64,000 nt of DNA from an uncultured delta proteobacterium (GTDB lineage Bacteria; Desulfobacterota; Zymogenia; Zymogenales; Zymogenaceae): NCBI GenBank assembly GCA_963792965.1, contig CAWBYW010000004.1, positions 96,001 to 160,000 of the forward strand, read 5' to 3'. The position numbers and the translations under genes were made by a program. The notes beneath the pieces are model-generated. The model was not told the DNA's origin, searched no databases, and worked only from the letters and a program-made list of their open reading frames with translations. How positions within the stretch are numbered: position 1 is the first letter of the stretch; each line of letters begins with the position of its first letter. Of the stretch, positions 33,065 to 42,402 are shown in pieces.

Positions 33065-33188
33065 ACACATGAAAAGGTGCCTGACGGCAGGCCCGCTCGT
33101 GCGGCAAAGGTCATCGGGAAAGGGCCGAATGCGTACGTTTCATCATATTTAACTTTTATCATCGAATTATTCAGGAGAGAGGCAGGCG

Positions 33189-33662
33189 ATGAAAATGCTC
33201 CACCTTTTCCTCTTATGTGCGACCATCCTGATCTCGGCGGCCGCCTGTACGGGGAAGTCTCAGGACACGGGCGAGTATCTGGAATTCAACAGCGGGGGCG
33301 CTTTTCATCCTTCCGGGCACGGCCAATGGACGGCGAGGCTCTGCAGGGACGGGACCCTCTCCGTCCGACATACCGTGAGGGATAACGTCGTATCGGACAG
33401 CGTCTTCACCCTCACGGGTGATGAGGTGAATCGGCTCTTCGGCCTCTTCTGTTCGGTCAACGTCAAGGGATTGGGATCGTCGACACGCCCGGGCCTGCCC
33501 GACGAGGCGGAGTATATCTTTGTCCTGAAGGACGGTTCGGGCATCTTCAAGAAATCGGTCTGGATCGGCGATGCGCAGGACAACGCAGCGATTATGGAGC
33601 TGGTGGGTTATACCGAGACGCTTATCCAGAAATATACCGGTGAGAAGCCCGTGCTGCGCTGA
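33189..33662 (+). CDS. Hypothetical lipoprotein
   Basis: Signal peptide ending AAA-C; GAGG SD. Confidence 0.7.
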   Translation: MKMLHLFLLCATILISAAACTGKSQDTGEYLEFNSGGAFHPSGHGQWTARLCRDGTLSVRHTVRDNVVSDSVFTLTGDEVNRLFGLFCSVNVKGLGSSTRPGLPDEAEYIFVLKDGSGIFKKSVWIGDAQDNAAIMELVGYTETLIQKYTGEKPVLR

Positions 33663-33667
33663 GTCTC

Positions 33668-34261
33668 TTACCTTCCTCCGACAATGACCGTCGAATCTTC
33701 CCATCCGTAAGCGATATCGCTGAGACGTTTCCCGCCGAGCGTCACCTCCCGCCGCCCGACGATCTTCCCCCCGAGGCGCTCATAGAGGGAGGCCGCCCTG
33801 TACCCGTCGAAGACCCAGACCATCATCGACGCCATGCCCCGGGTGAGCAGACCCCGCGCAACCGCCTTGACGAGATCCGTCCCCAGTCCCCCGTGTCGTT
33901 GTCTCTTATCTACGTAGACATAGTAGAGCTCCCCGGCAAAGCTTCCTAAAAGGGAGTACCCGCGGTCCCGAAACGGCCCGCCGACGGAAAAGGCGACGAC
34001 GCCGACGTTCGGGTCCTCGGCGACGAAGACGTCGATTGCCGCGTCTTCGATCATCGCCCGGTAGTCCCGTCCCTCCTCGTCGTTTATGAGGCCGCCGCCA
34101 TCGTCAAAGGACAGCGCCGCGAGGTAGTCGCCCGGGACGATGCCCCGGTAGTCGCTTTTCCAGGTATCGACGTGTATCCGTGCGAGGGCCTCGGCGTCCG
34201 TACGGACAGCCGGCCTGATTGGGGAATAGGGAAGTCCTGAGGGTTGCGGGGTTTCAGACAT
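33668..34261 (-). CDS. GNAT family N-acetyltransferase
   Basis: IRPA, HVDTW, YVD..QRHGGLG acetyl-CoA motif, LYERLG. Confidence 0.85.
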   Translation of the reverse strand: MSETPQPSGLPYSPIRPAVRTDAEALARIHVDTWKSDYRGIVPGDYLAALSFDDGGGLINDEEGRDYRAMIEDAAIDVFVAEDPNVGVVAFSVGGPFRDRGYSLLGSFAGELYYVYVDKRQRHGGLGTDLVKAVARGLLTRGMASMMVWVFDGYRAASLYERLGGKIVGRREVTLGGKRLSDIAYGWEDSTVIVGGR

Positions 34262-34296
34262 ACAATGGCCCGGCGTGGATGACCGACGAAAAAAGA

Positions 34297-35094
34297 CTAT
34301 TTATCCATGATCTCGGAAATACGGGAGATCGAGGCGGCCCAGCCCGTCTCTTCATCGATCTCGCACAGGATAGCGTCTGCCCGGGCGCGCCCCTGGGCCG
34401 GCTTCGGGAAACTCTTGATCGAGGTGGTGAAGCGCCTGATTTCCCCCTCTTTCTCAAATCCCACCACGGAATCGTAGGCGCCGATCATCCCGACATCCGT
34501 GATGGAGGCGGTTCCGGTCTTGCTGACCGACTCGTCGGACGTCTGGACGAGTGTCCCCGTCCCCGCAATCAGGGACAGCATCCCGTCCAGGTGGTGCTTC
34601 ATTGCCGCTTTTTCCGCGGAGGGGACGGCGTAAAAATCCATAACGATTACCTGCACGCTTTCCCGCATCCCCTTGAGTATCCCCTGGACGATGGGAAAGG
34701 GGTTTTCGGGTAGGAGCTTTTTGATGAAGGTATATCCGGAGAGGTTAATGATTCCGACGCGGGGCGATCCTTTCGCCGCCTCGGTAATGAGTATCCCCTT
34801 GCCCGGGCTTGTTGGGGGGAGGTTGTGGGGGCGAAGCACCCGGTCGGTCTTGGCGATGAAGTCTTCGATGTCGCTCTGGGACCAGATGTCCTGTCCCATC
34901 GTGATGACGTCGACCCCCGCGTCCAAGAGCTCGGTGGCGGTGTCTTTCGTGAGGCCGGCGCCTTCGGCCGCGTGGTTTGCGTTGGCGATCACGAGATCGG
35001 GCCTGCCGTCTCGTTTGACAATATCGGCCAGAAACCGGGTGGCCGCGTGCCTCCCCGTCTTCCCCACGATCACGCCGAGAAAGAGTATCTTCAT
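34297..35094 (-). CDS. YmdB-family protein lacking all metal ligands (probable pseudoenzyme)
   Basis: YmdB scaffold kept end to end (MKILF.G..VG..GR, LRP.N.P...PGKG, INL.G.TF, EK, VQT.DE, ITDVGM.G) but D/E/N/H ligands substituted. Confidence 0.85.
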   Translation of the reverse strand: MKILFLGVIVGKTGRHAATRFLADIVKRDGRPDLVIANANHAAEGAGLTKDTATELLDAGVDVITMGQDIWSQSDIEDFIAKTDRVLRPHNLPPTSPGKGILITEAAKGSPRVGIINLSGYTFIKKLLPENPFPIVQGILKGMRESVQVIVMDFYAVPSAEKAAMKHHLDGMLSLIAGTGTLVQTSDESVSKTGTASITDVGMIGAYDSVVGFEKEGEIRRFTTSIKSFPKPAQGRARADAILCEIDEETGWAASISRISEIMDK

Positions 35095-35900
35095 AGATGT
35101 GCTTCCCGAATTTTCATCGTGTCGGCGTTCATCCTCAGGACGGTACGTGTCTTCCTGAAGAAACCGAGATTCATCGCCGTCGTGCGTCCGATCTTGATAT
35201 CCCTCAGCCGTGGGTTGTGGACGTGCCCGAAAAAAGAATAGGTCGGCTCGTGCCGATAAATATAGTCCAGGAGATCCGCGCTTGCGCGCTCATCCCTCCG
35301 GGCAATGGTATCGTAGATGATGTCCGGGACCTCCGGCGGGACATGGGTGACGACTATGTCCACAGTCCCAAGTGAAAATATCCGCCGGTGGAAGTCGGCG
35401 CGGGGGACTTCACCGGAAAGCCCCATGGTGCCCTTTCCCTCGGGCATCCCCGAGACGAGGCCGATTTTAATATCTCGGACGTCGATAACACTCGACTCAA
35501 CGAGGCGGGCCCTTCCATCGAGCCTCGCCTTGAGGATATCGGGATAGTCGTCGTTACCGTAGATAATATAGGCGGGGCAGGGGAGCGATTCTTTCAGCCG
35601 GTCATAAGTTTCTTCGATGAGGGGGCGCACCCTCTCGTAGCGCGGCTCGCCCGGCGTCGAGACCTCTCGGATCCCCTGGCGCACGCGGGCAAAGTTCCCC
35701 TTCGCATACTCCGCCAGCCCTTCCGCGAGCTCTTCGGGGGTGAAGGCGTGCCAGAGGATCCCCTTCGTGATATCGGCAAAATCCATGAAGTTGAGGAGAT
35801 CCCCCGCGATAAAGAGGGTGTCCTCGGCCGCGCAGAGACGCGAGAGGGCGTCGAATTCCCCGTGGATATCGCCGACGAAAACCAGCTCTCCGTTGCCCAT
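35091..35900 (-). CDS. Calcineurin-like metallophosphoesterase (Icc-related)
   Basis: GDIHG, GDLLN, GNDD, THVPP, FGHVH; ATGA overlap with the YmdB-like gene. Confidence 0.85.
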   Translation of the reverse strand: MGNGELVFVGDIHGEFDALSRLCAAEDTLFIAGDLLNFMDFADITKGILWHAFTPEELAEGLAEYAKGNFARVRQGIREVSTPGEPRYERVRPLIEETYDRLKESLPCPAYIIYGNDDYPDILKARLDGRARLVESSVIDVRDIKIGLVSGMPEGKGTMGLSGEVPRADFHRRIFSLGTVDIVVTHVPPEVPDIIYDTIARRDERASADLLDYIYRHEPTYSFFGHVHNPRLRDIKIGRTTAMNLGFFRKTRTVLRMNADTMKIREAHL

Positions 35901-35981
35901 AGAGTGTTGTCCGTTAGGAAAAAATAATTGTAACCGATTTCTCCGGCCGGGTATACGAAAAAGTGACGCGTGCGGATCGTT

Positions 35982-38126
35982 TTATCCGAGGCCGAGCACG
36001 AGCCCGATCCGGTAGGCCGCAAACGCCACGATCCATGCAAGCACAAGGGAGTAGCCCACGGAGAAGGCGGCAAAGGTCGGGGAGGCCTCCCGGCTGATGG
36101 CGCCCACCGCCGCCAGGCACGGCGTGTAAAGGAGGACGAAGATCATGAAGGCATAGGCGGCGGCGCTCGTCCATCCGGCCCCCTTCATCGCATCACCGAT
36201 GGACCGCTTGCCCCCCGCTCCGTACAGGACACCGAAGGTGGAGACGACGATCTCCTTTGCGACGAAGCCGCTCAAAAGCGCGACGGACGCCTCCCAGGGA
36301 AAGCCGATGGGGGCAAAGACCGGGGAGACCGCAAGCCCGATCCGCTCGAGATAGCTTGCGCGGGAGAGGTCAAGAGGACTTTTCGTTTCCGCGCCGCCCC
36401 GGGCGGGCAGCGTGGCTGATACCGTGTCGCCGCCGGCGACGGTGTAGGTCGTCTCGGCCGGACGGGGCGCGGCGCCGCCGGTCGTGCCGATCGTGGCGGG
36501 GTAATGGGAGAGGAGAAAGACCACGATCGCGCCCAACAGGATAACCGTTGACATCTTCCTTAAGAAGAGCGAGCCCTGCTCCCACATATGCAAGAGTGTG
36601 CCGCGGAGCGTGGGAAGGCGGTAGGGCGGCAGCTCCATGACGAAGGGGGCGCTCTTCTTCGGGAAGAGGGCCTTCCTGAAGAACCTGCCGAGGATAAAGG
36701 CCAACACGATCCCCAACAGATAGACAGAAAAGATTACGTTACCTGCGTGGCTCGGGAAAAAGGTCCCGGCCAGAAGAATATAAACGGGAAGACGGGCGCT
36801 GCAGCTCACCAGCGGGTTGATCAGGATGGTGATGATACGGTCGTCCCTCGAGTCGAGCGTGCGCGTTGCCATGATGGCCGGGACGTTGCACCCAAACCCC
36901 ATGATCATCGGGATGAACGATTTACCGTGGAGGCCGAGAGAATGCATGACCTTGTCCATGATGAAGGCGGCCCGTGCCATGTACCCCGTGTCCTCGAAGA
37001 TCGAGATGATGAGGTAGAGAATAAATATGTTGGGAACGAAGACGGCCACCCCGCCGACGCCGGGGATAATCCCCTCGGCCAGGAGCGCGCTGAAGAAGCC
37101 GCCGGGCAAAACCGTCAGGACGAATCGGGAAAGCCACTCCACCCCATCCTTGATCCAGTGGGCCGGGTATCCGCCGAGCGTGAAGGTGAGCTGGAACATC
37201 GCCCAGATGAAGAAGAAAAGGATCGGAAAGCCGAGGATGCGGTTGATGAGGACGGCGTCGATTCTGTTGCTGACGTCGATCCGGTCTCTCTTCTCGCGTC
37301 GGACCGCTTCCCTGACGGCGCCGCCGATGAATCCATACCGACGGTCCACTATGATCGTGGCCGGATCGTCGCCGAAAAGCGACGTGACGCGTGATCCGGC
37401 GATCCTTACGGATTTCAGGGCGTCGGCGGCAGACGTGGACTTCTCGGTGACAAGGCGTGTTACGTCGGGGTCGTCTTCGAGGAGCTTGACGGCGATCCAG
37501 CGCGTGGGGTAGGCGGACGCGAAGGCGCGATCGCGGGCCAGGATCGTCCGAATCGCCTGGATCTCTTCTTCGATCTCCTTCGGATATCGGATCTCAACGT
37601 CCCGCGTTGGCTCTTCGGCGGCCGGCCCCTCCTCGTAGGCGGAGACGATCGCGCCAAGCAACTCGGTAAAGCCCTCGCCCTTCGTGCCGACGACCGAGAC
37701 AATCGGTGTCCCGAAGAGATGTGAGAGGCCCTCGGTGTCGATAGCGAGCCCGTTTTCTCGGGCAAGGTCCGTCATCGTGAATGCAAGAACCAGCTTTACT
37801 TTGAGCTCGATCAATTGGGCGGTGAGATAGAGGTTGCGATCGAGGTTGGATGCATCGACGACGTTGAGCACGACGTCTGGCTTTTCGGTCAGGATAAAAT
37901 TCCTGGCGATGATTTCTTCGATCGAGTAGGCGGTCAGGCTGTAGATGCCCGGAAGGTCGACGAAATGAATGGTATAGTCGCCGGACCGGGCCGTCCCTTC
38001 CTTCTTCTCGACCGTTACCCCGCTCCAGTTCCCGACCTTCTGCCGGGATCCGGTGAGCCGGTTGAAGATCGTGGTTTTGCCTGCGTTGGGATTTCCCGCC
38101 AGCGCTACGGTGATTTTTTTCGCCAA
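35982..38126 (-). CDS. feoB: Ferrous iron transporter FeoB
   Basis: GNPNAGKT, GNWSGVTVE, DLPGIYSL, EDTGYMARAA, GFGCNVPA, FVMELPPY. Confidence 0.97.
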   Translation of the reverse strand: MAKKITVALAGNPNAGKTTIFNRLTGSRQKVGNWSGVTVEKKEGTARSGDYTIHFVDLPGIYSLTAYSIEEIIARNFILTEKPDVVLNVVDASNLDRNLYLTAQLIELKVKLVLAFTMTDLARENGLAIDTEGLSHLFGTPIVSVVGTKGEGFTELLGAIVSAYEEGPAAEEPTRDVEIRYPKEIEEEIQAIRTILARDRAFASAYPTRWIAVKLLEDDPDVTRLVTEKSTSAADALKSVRIAGSRVTSLFGDDPATIIVDRRYGFIGGAVREAVRREKRDRIDVSNRIDAVLINRILGFPILFFFIWAMFQLTFTLGGYPAHWIKDGVEWLSRFVLTVLPGGFFSALLAEGIIPGVGGVAVFVPNIFILYLIISIFEDTGYMARAAFIMDKVMHSLGLHGKSFIPMIMGFGCNVPAIMATRTLDSRDDRIITILINPLVSCSARLPVYILLAGTFFPSHAGNVIFSVYLLGIVLAFILGRFFRKALFPKKSAPFVMELPPYRLPTLRGTLLHMWEQGSLFLRKMSTVILLGAIVVFLLSHYPATIGTTGGAAPRPAETTYTVAGGDTVSATLPARGGAETKSPLDLSRASYLERIGLAVSPVFAPIGFPWEASVALLSGFVAKEIVVSTFGVLYGAGGKRSIGDAMKGAGWTSAAAYAFMIFVLLYTPCLAAVGAISREASPTFAAFSVGYSLVLAWIVAFAAYRIGLVLGLG

Positions 38127-38413
38127 CGGTGACGTCCCCCGTGGGAACCACCTTCAGATGCGGGTTCCGATTTCAGGGATAATCGGCGGGGGGGCAGGGT
38201 AACCTCAACGAAAGAAGAATCCTCCCTCCGGAGGCTTACGTGATAGTGCTTAATAACGAATTCAATAGGGTCCTTCAGGGGGGCATAGCGCTGGACGAAG
38301 ACAGTCTCGCCGGGAATGAATCCCATCTCCATCAGCCTTTTCCTGAAAGGTCCGCTGCCGCGGACATGCGAGATGGTCGCGCAATTACCTTGTTTGAGAT
38401 CCGCCAACGTCAT
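38105..38413 (-). CDS. feoA: Ferrous iron transport protein FeoA
   Basis: RLMEMGFIPG, APLKDP, SLRR; directly upstream of feoB. Confidence 0.93.
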   Translation of the reverse strand: MTLADLKQGNCATISHVRGSGPFRKRLMEMGFIPGETVFVQRYAPLKDPIEFVIKHYHVSLRREDSSFVEVTLPPRRLSLKSEPASEGGSHGGRHRWRKKSP

Positions 38414-38606
38414 AATCGGTCACCTTTCATGTGGCATCAGAAAGAAAGCGTGTATATAAAAAAATCCTCGTACCGCAGATCGGTACCCATTATCGTCCTA
38501 TCGGTTATTTCATAGATCGGGGACGTGAGGTCCCACCGTTTACTGAGGATGTTCATAGCACGTGATCGAATATTCACGTCCCGTCCCATATATAGCCGGC
38601 TGCAAT

Positions 38607-38621
38607 GGAGACTCATTCTCA
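38607..38621. promoter_or_regulatory. Fur box upstream of feoA
   Basis: GGAGACTCATTCTCA, a 7-1-7 imperfect palindrome resembling the site at 39075. Confidence 0.6.
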
Positions 38622-38638
38622 TAATAAGGACAAAAAAA

Positions 38639-39064
38639 TTATCGACATTTACCGCAAAATCCCCTGATCCTCAATTCATGATCGATGGAAGTAAAGTCGT
38701 TCTTCTCGCAAATAAGATCCTGGTACCGTTCTATCGAGTCATCTCTGAATTCTATAATCCTGCCGCACGCGATACAGATCAGATGATCGTGATGATCATG
38801 TCCAAACATATATTCATAGCCCACCGTGCTTTGACGACTGAGGCTCTCCTTCACGAGGCCGCTCTCGATAAGGAGTGGGAGGGTCCTGTAGACGGAGGCA
38901 CGGGAGATGAGCTTGCCCTGTCCGCGGAGATGCTCGTAGAGCTCGTCGGCGCTGAAATGACGTCCTATAGCTGCTGCGCCCTCTAAAACAGCATGCCGCT
39001 CGGCCGTAGATTTTAGGCCCTTTATCTTGAGGAAATCGGTGAAAATTTTCTTTGGTACTCTCAT
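38639..39064 (-). CDS. fur: Fur family transcriptional repressor
   Basis: HFSADEL, SRASVYRTL, HHDHLICIACG, CGKC; adjacent to feoAB. Confidence 0.92.
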   Translation of the reverse strand: MRVPKKIFTDFLKIKGLKSTAERHAVLEGAAAIGRHFSADELYEHLRGQGKLISRASVYRTLPLLIESGLVKESLSRQSTVGYEYMFGHDHHDHLICIACGRIIEFRDDSIERYQDLICEKNDFTSIDHELRIRGFCGKCR

Positions 39065-39074
39065 CGTTTTATAC

Positions 39075-39089
39075 TGATATTGAGTCTCA
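39075..39089. promoter_or_regulatory. Fur box upstream of fur (autoregulation)
   Basis: TGATATTGAGTCTCA 7-1-7 palindrome between the -10 and the start codon; a further half-site TGAGAAT at 39110. Confidence 0.65.
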
Positions 39090-39095
39090 ATTACA

Positions 39096-39124
39096 CTTAT
39101 ATCAGACAATGAGAATCATGTCAA
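39096..39124 (-). promoter_or_regulatory. Sigma70 promoter of fur
   Basis: TTGACA-N17-TATAAG with extended TG. Confidence 0.65.
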
Positions 39125-39349
39125 GTCTTTTTCTGCATCGGTCGGCGTCGTTAGCCGCGCGGCTGTTTCGCTTGGAGATGATCCGAGATATCCCTCGATA
39201 CGCCGCTGTGGATGACCGTAATGTTCGGCGACATGTCAGAGAAAATGACACGTACGTCACGAACGGGGAGTGCCTTCTGTCTTTAATGCTACTACGGGGT
39301 GGTTGTCGTCAATATCCTCGTCGGACGTGCCGCCGCTTCGCTGTCTTCC

Positions 39350-39378
39350 TTGACATACCGTGGCCGCTTTATTACAAT
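39350..39378 (+). promoter_or_regulatory. Sigma70 promoter, probably giving a leaderless mRNA
   Basis: TTGACA-N17-TACAAT; GTG start at 39385. Confidence 0.7.
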
Positions 39379-39384
39379 GGATTG

Positions 39385-40101
39385 GTGAAACACTTCATAT
39401 TCGTCGCCGACGATTTCGGCCTGTCCAAAGAAATCAACGAGGGCATCCGCTATACCCATCGGGCGGGCGCGGTCGCGCTTGCGTCGCTCATGGTGAGGGA
39501 GGACGCATCCTCACAGGCGGTAAAGATTGCGCGGGAGTGTCCGGGTCTGGTGGTCGGCCTCCACCTCCGCGTTGACCAGCTGCTCGACGTCGATCCCGGA
39601 TTCTGGGCCGGGGAGCGGCACGAGGGGTTTTGTGAAAAGATCGATGATGCTCGCCTCAGGGACGCGATCAGGGCCGAGTGTGAAGCGCAGGTCCGGGAGT
39701 TTTTATCGCTCGGTTTTGCGCCGACCTTTTTGAATAGCCATTACCACGTCCACACGGTACCGTCGCTCTTTCCAATCTTTGTGGACGTTGCGCGGGCGCA
39801 CGGATTTCGCTTCATGCGGCTCTCTGTCCACACGCCGCTCTTATTGCACCCGGATATTCCGATCACGCAACACGTGCTCTCCGGTATGTCGCTCACGCTC
39901 ACGGGAGCGGGGATCGCCCACACCGACTGGTTTGAGCCGACGTTCTTTTACCTTCTTCCCCCCAAGCTGTCCGACGGGGTGACCGAGCTCATGTTCCATC
40001 CCGCCGTCGGAGATTCCGAGGCCGGGTATCTGGACCTGGCCCGGCTCCTTGTGTGGGGAGATATGCTGAGGGCGGACGGATGCAGCGAGGTGTTCCCGTA
40101 A
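39385..40101 (+). CDS. ChbG/YdjC family deacetylase
   Basis: ADDFG, VGLHL, SHYHVH, ELMFHP. Confidence 0.85.
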   Translation: MKHFIFVADDFGLSKEINEGIRYTHRAGAVALASLMVREDASSQAVKIARECPGLVVGLHLRVDQLLDVDPGFWAGERHEGFCEKIDDARLRDAIRAECEAQVREFLSLGFAPTFLNSHYHVHTVPSLFPIFVDVARAHGFRFMRLSVHTPLLLHPDIPITQHVLSGMSLTLTGAGIAHTDWFEPTFFYLLPPKLSDGVTELMFHPAVGDSEAGYLDLARLLVWGDMLRADGCSEVFP

Positions 40102-40102
40102 A

Positions 40103-40480
40103 ATGGGCGCGGGATTTTCTGAAGAGAGATTTGAACACTACGTCAAGGTAGCGCTCGCTGAGCTCCCGGAGGAGTTCCGACGGCGTATGAAGAATATCGC
40201 CGTCTCCGTTGAGCCCTATCCCACGCGGGGAGACCTGAGGTCCGTGGGGCTTACGGACAAGAGGCGGCTGCTTGGTATCTATCGGGGCATTCCCTTCAAC
40301 GCGGTCAGTTCCTTCTATTCGGGACCCGTGATGCCGTCGGAGATCGTGCTTTTCCAGAAGAATCTTGAGGCGCAGGCGGACAGCGAGGAAGAGCTGGTAG
40401 AGGAGATCCGCATCACCCTCCTGCACGAGATCGGGCATTATTTCGGCATGAGCGAGGATGACCTCGCTCAGTATATGTAG
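40103..40480 (+). CDS. Zincin-like minimal metallopeptidase
   Basis: LLGIYRG, HEIGHYFG (HExxH). Confidence 0.88.
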   Translation: MGAGFSEERFEHYVKVALAELPEEFRRRMKNIAVSVEPYPTRGDLRSVGLTDKRRLLGIYRGIPFNAVSSFYSGPVMPSEIVLFQKNLEAQADSEEELVEEIRITLLHEIGHYFGMSEDDLAQYM

Positions 40481-40679
40481 CAAACGAGGGAAGGGCGGTG
40501 AGCGACGGGTGCGGACGGTGCTCGCCGTTTGCCCGGACGATAAAACCCTCGATTACCCTTCCCACGTCTTGACAAGACTATGACAATATAATAGAGTATC
40601 AGAGATTCTTACCGTGTATATTGTATCCTTGATCCTCAACCTCAACGGTCCCGACCACCGTTTCTAAAGGAGACATACG

Positions 40680-41567
40680 GTGAACACCACGCTGCTGTCC
40701 GACGACAAGGTCATCATAACGGCCGCAATAACGGGGGGTATACACGGGAAGTGGGCTAACCCCGCCATCCCCGTCACGCCCGAAGAGCAGGCGCAGGACG
40801 CCCTGGACTGTTTTAATGCCGGGGCCGCCGTCCTCCACCTCCACGTCCGCGGGGCGGACGGGCAGAACACTCCCGACCTCGGTGTCTACAACAGGGCCGT
40901 GGGGCTCATCGGGGAGAAATGCCCCATCATCCGCCAGATCGGAAACGGGATCGGCGCGTGGCTCGAGGAAAAGGGTCTGATCGTCAACGCGACGCTCGAG
41001 CAACGGCTCAACCTCCTCAACATAGACCCGAAGCCCGAGATGCATACGATAAACGCGGGGACCTTCGAATTCAGGACCAAGTACGGCGGCGCGGTCTTCA
41101 ATAATCCCCTCGCGTTCAACGAGGAATATGTCAAGAAATGCAACGATAAGGGGTTCGGTATCGAGATCGAGGTGTACGATCCGAGCCATATCGCGAACAT
41201 GGCCGAGCTCGCGGGAATGGGGGTGCTCCATGGGCCGCTTCATTTCAGCATCGTGCTGGGCATCATGGGCGGGTCCCCGGCGACACCGGCAAATCTCTTC
41301 CACATGGTCGGACAGCTGCCGGAAGGGTCCACCTGGCAGGTGGTGACCATCGGGAAATACCATCTGAGGAGCACCATCGTCGCCATGTCGATGGGCGGCA
41401 ATATCCGCACGGGCCTGGAAGACACGCTCCACTTCGCGAAGGGGGAGCCCGTCAAGAGCAACGCCCAACTCGTTGAGCGGATGGTTCGGATCGCCCGGGA
41501 GATTGGCAGGGAGCCGGCAACGGTGGATGAGGCCAGGAAAAAATTGGGACTCCCGGCCGTTCGCTAA
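40680..41567 (+). CDS. Beta-keto acid cleavage enzyme (BKACE/Kce, DUF849)
   Basis: IITAAITG, PVTPEEQ, HLHVR, EIEVYD, RTGLED, SNAQLV. Confidence 0.92.
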   Translation: MNTTLLSDDKVIITAAITGGIHGKWANPAIPVTPEEQAQDALDCFNAGAAVLHLHVRGADGQNTPDLGVYNRAVGLIGEKCPIIRQIGNGIGAWLEEKGLIVNATLEQRLNLLNIDPKPEMHTINAGTFEFRTKYGGAVFNNPLAFNEEYVKKCNDKGFGIEIEVYDPSHIANMAELAGMGVLHGPLHFSIVLGIMGGSPATPANLFHMVGQLPEGSTWQVVTIGKYHLRSTIVAMSMGGNIRTGLEDTLHFAKGEPVKSNAQLVERMVRIAREIGREPATVDEARKKLGLPAVR

Positions 41568-41592
41568 TCACGATAGAAGACCGTGAGTTACG

Positions 41593-42402
41593 ATGAAAAA
41601 GGAAACGAGATTCAAGGATAAGGTCGTCTGGATCACCGGGGCGTCGTCCGGGATAGGCGAGGCGCTCGCCTATCGCTTCAACGCGGAGGGAGCGCGCTTG
41701 ATCCTCTCGTCGAACGAGCCGGCGGAGCTCAAGAGGGTGAAGTCACGCCTTCCGAATAAGGGCACGGAAACGATGCTGTTACCGCTTGATCTCAACAAGA
41801 TATCGAGCCTTGCGCTCAGGTCGAAAAAGGCGCTGGAGCGCTTCGGGCACGTCGACGTACTCATCAATAACGGGGGGATCAGCCAGCGCGCCCTGGCAAA
41901 AGACACCTGTATCCCCGTCGACGTGAAGATCATCAATACCGATTTCCTCGGACACGTTGCCGTTACCAAGGCCGTTCTGCCGTCGATGCTGTCGCGGCAA
42001 TCCGGGCACATCGTGGTGACCAGCAGCATCATGGGCAAGATCTATACCCCGCTCAGGTCGACCTATTCGGCGGCAAAACATGCGCTGCACGGGTTCTTCG
42101 ATTCGCTCAGGGCGGAGGTCTGTGCGGACAATATCCACGTGACCATCGTCTGCCCAACGGGAGTACAGACCGGTATATCCCTCAACGCTGTCACCGGCAC
42201 GGGCCAGAAGTACGGAAAGATGGACGAAGTGATGTCCAAGGGACTTACCGCCGATGAGTGCGCCGACCGCATCATAAAGGCCATCGTCGCCAAGAAAGAA
42301 GAGGTAATAATCGGCAAGGGCCTTATCAAATACTCCGCGTATGTCCGTCGCTTTTTCCCGCGCATCTACTCGCGCCTTATCAGAAGGGTGAAGGTAACTT
42401 GA
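41593..42402 (+). CDS. SDR oxidoreductase (DHRS7-like)
   Basis: WITGASSGIG, NNGGISQR, YSAAK, DSLRAE. Confidence 0.9.
   Translation: MKKETRFKDKVVWITGASSGIGEALAYRFNAEGARLILSSNEPAELKRVKSRLPNKGTETMLLPLDLNKISSLALRSKKALERFGHVDVLINNGGISQRALAKDTCIPVDVKIINTDFLGHVAVTKAVLPSMLSRQSGHIVVTSSIMGKIYTPLRSTYSAAKHALHGFFDSLRAEVCADNIHVTIVCPTGVQTGISLNAVTGTGQKYGKMDEVMSKGLTADECADRIIKAIVAKKEEVIIGKGLIKYSAYVRRFFPRIYSRLIRRVKVT

Noticed and set aside
33065-33188. Possible cobalamin or c-di-GMP riboswitch before the lipoprotein gene
   Set aside because: Only scattered short matches; core consensus elements are absent
38437-38622. 61-aa ORF between fur and feoA
   Set aside because: Starts inside the Fur box, no SD, non-coding-like codon use
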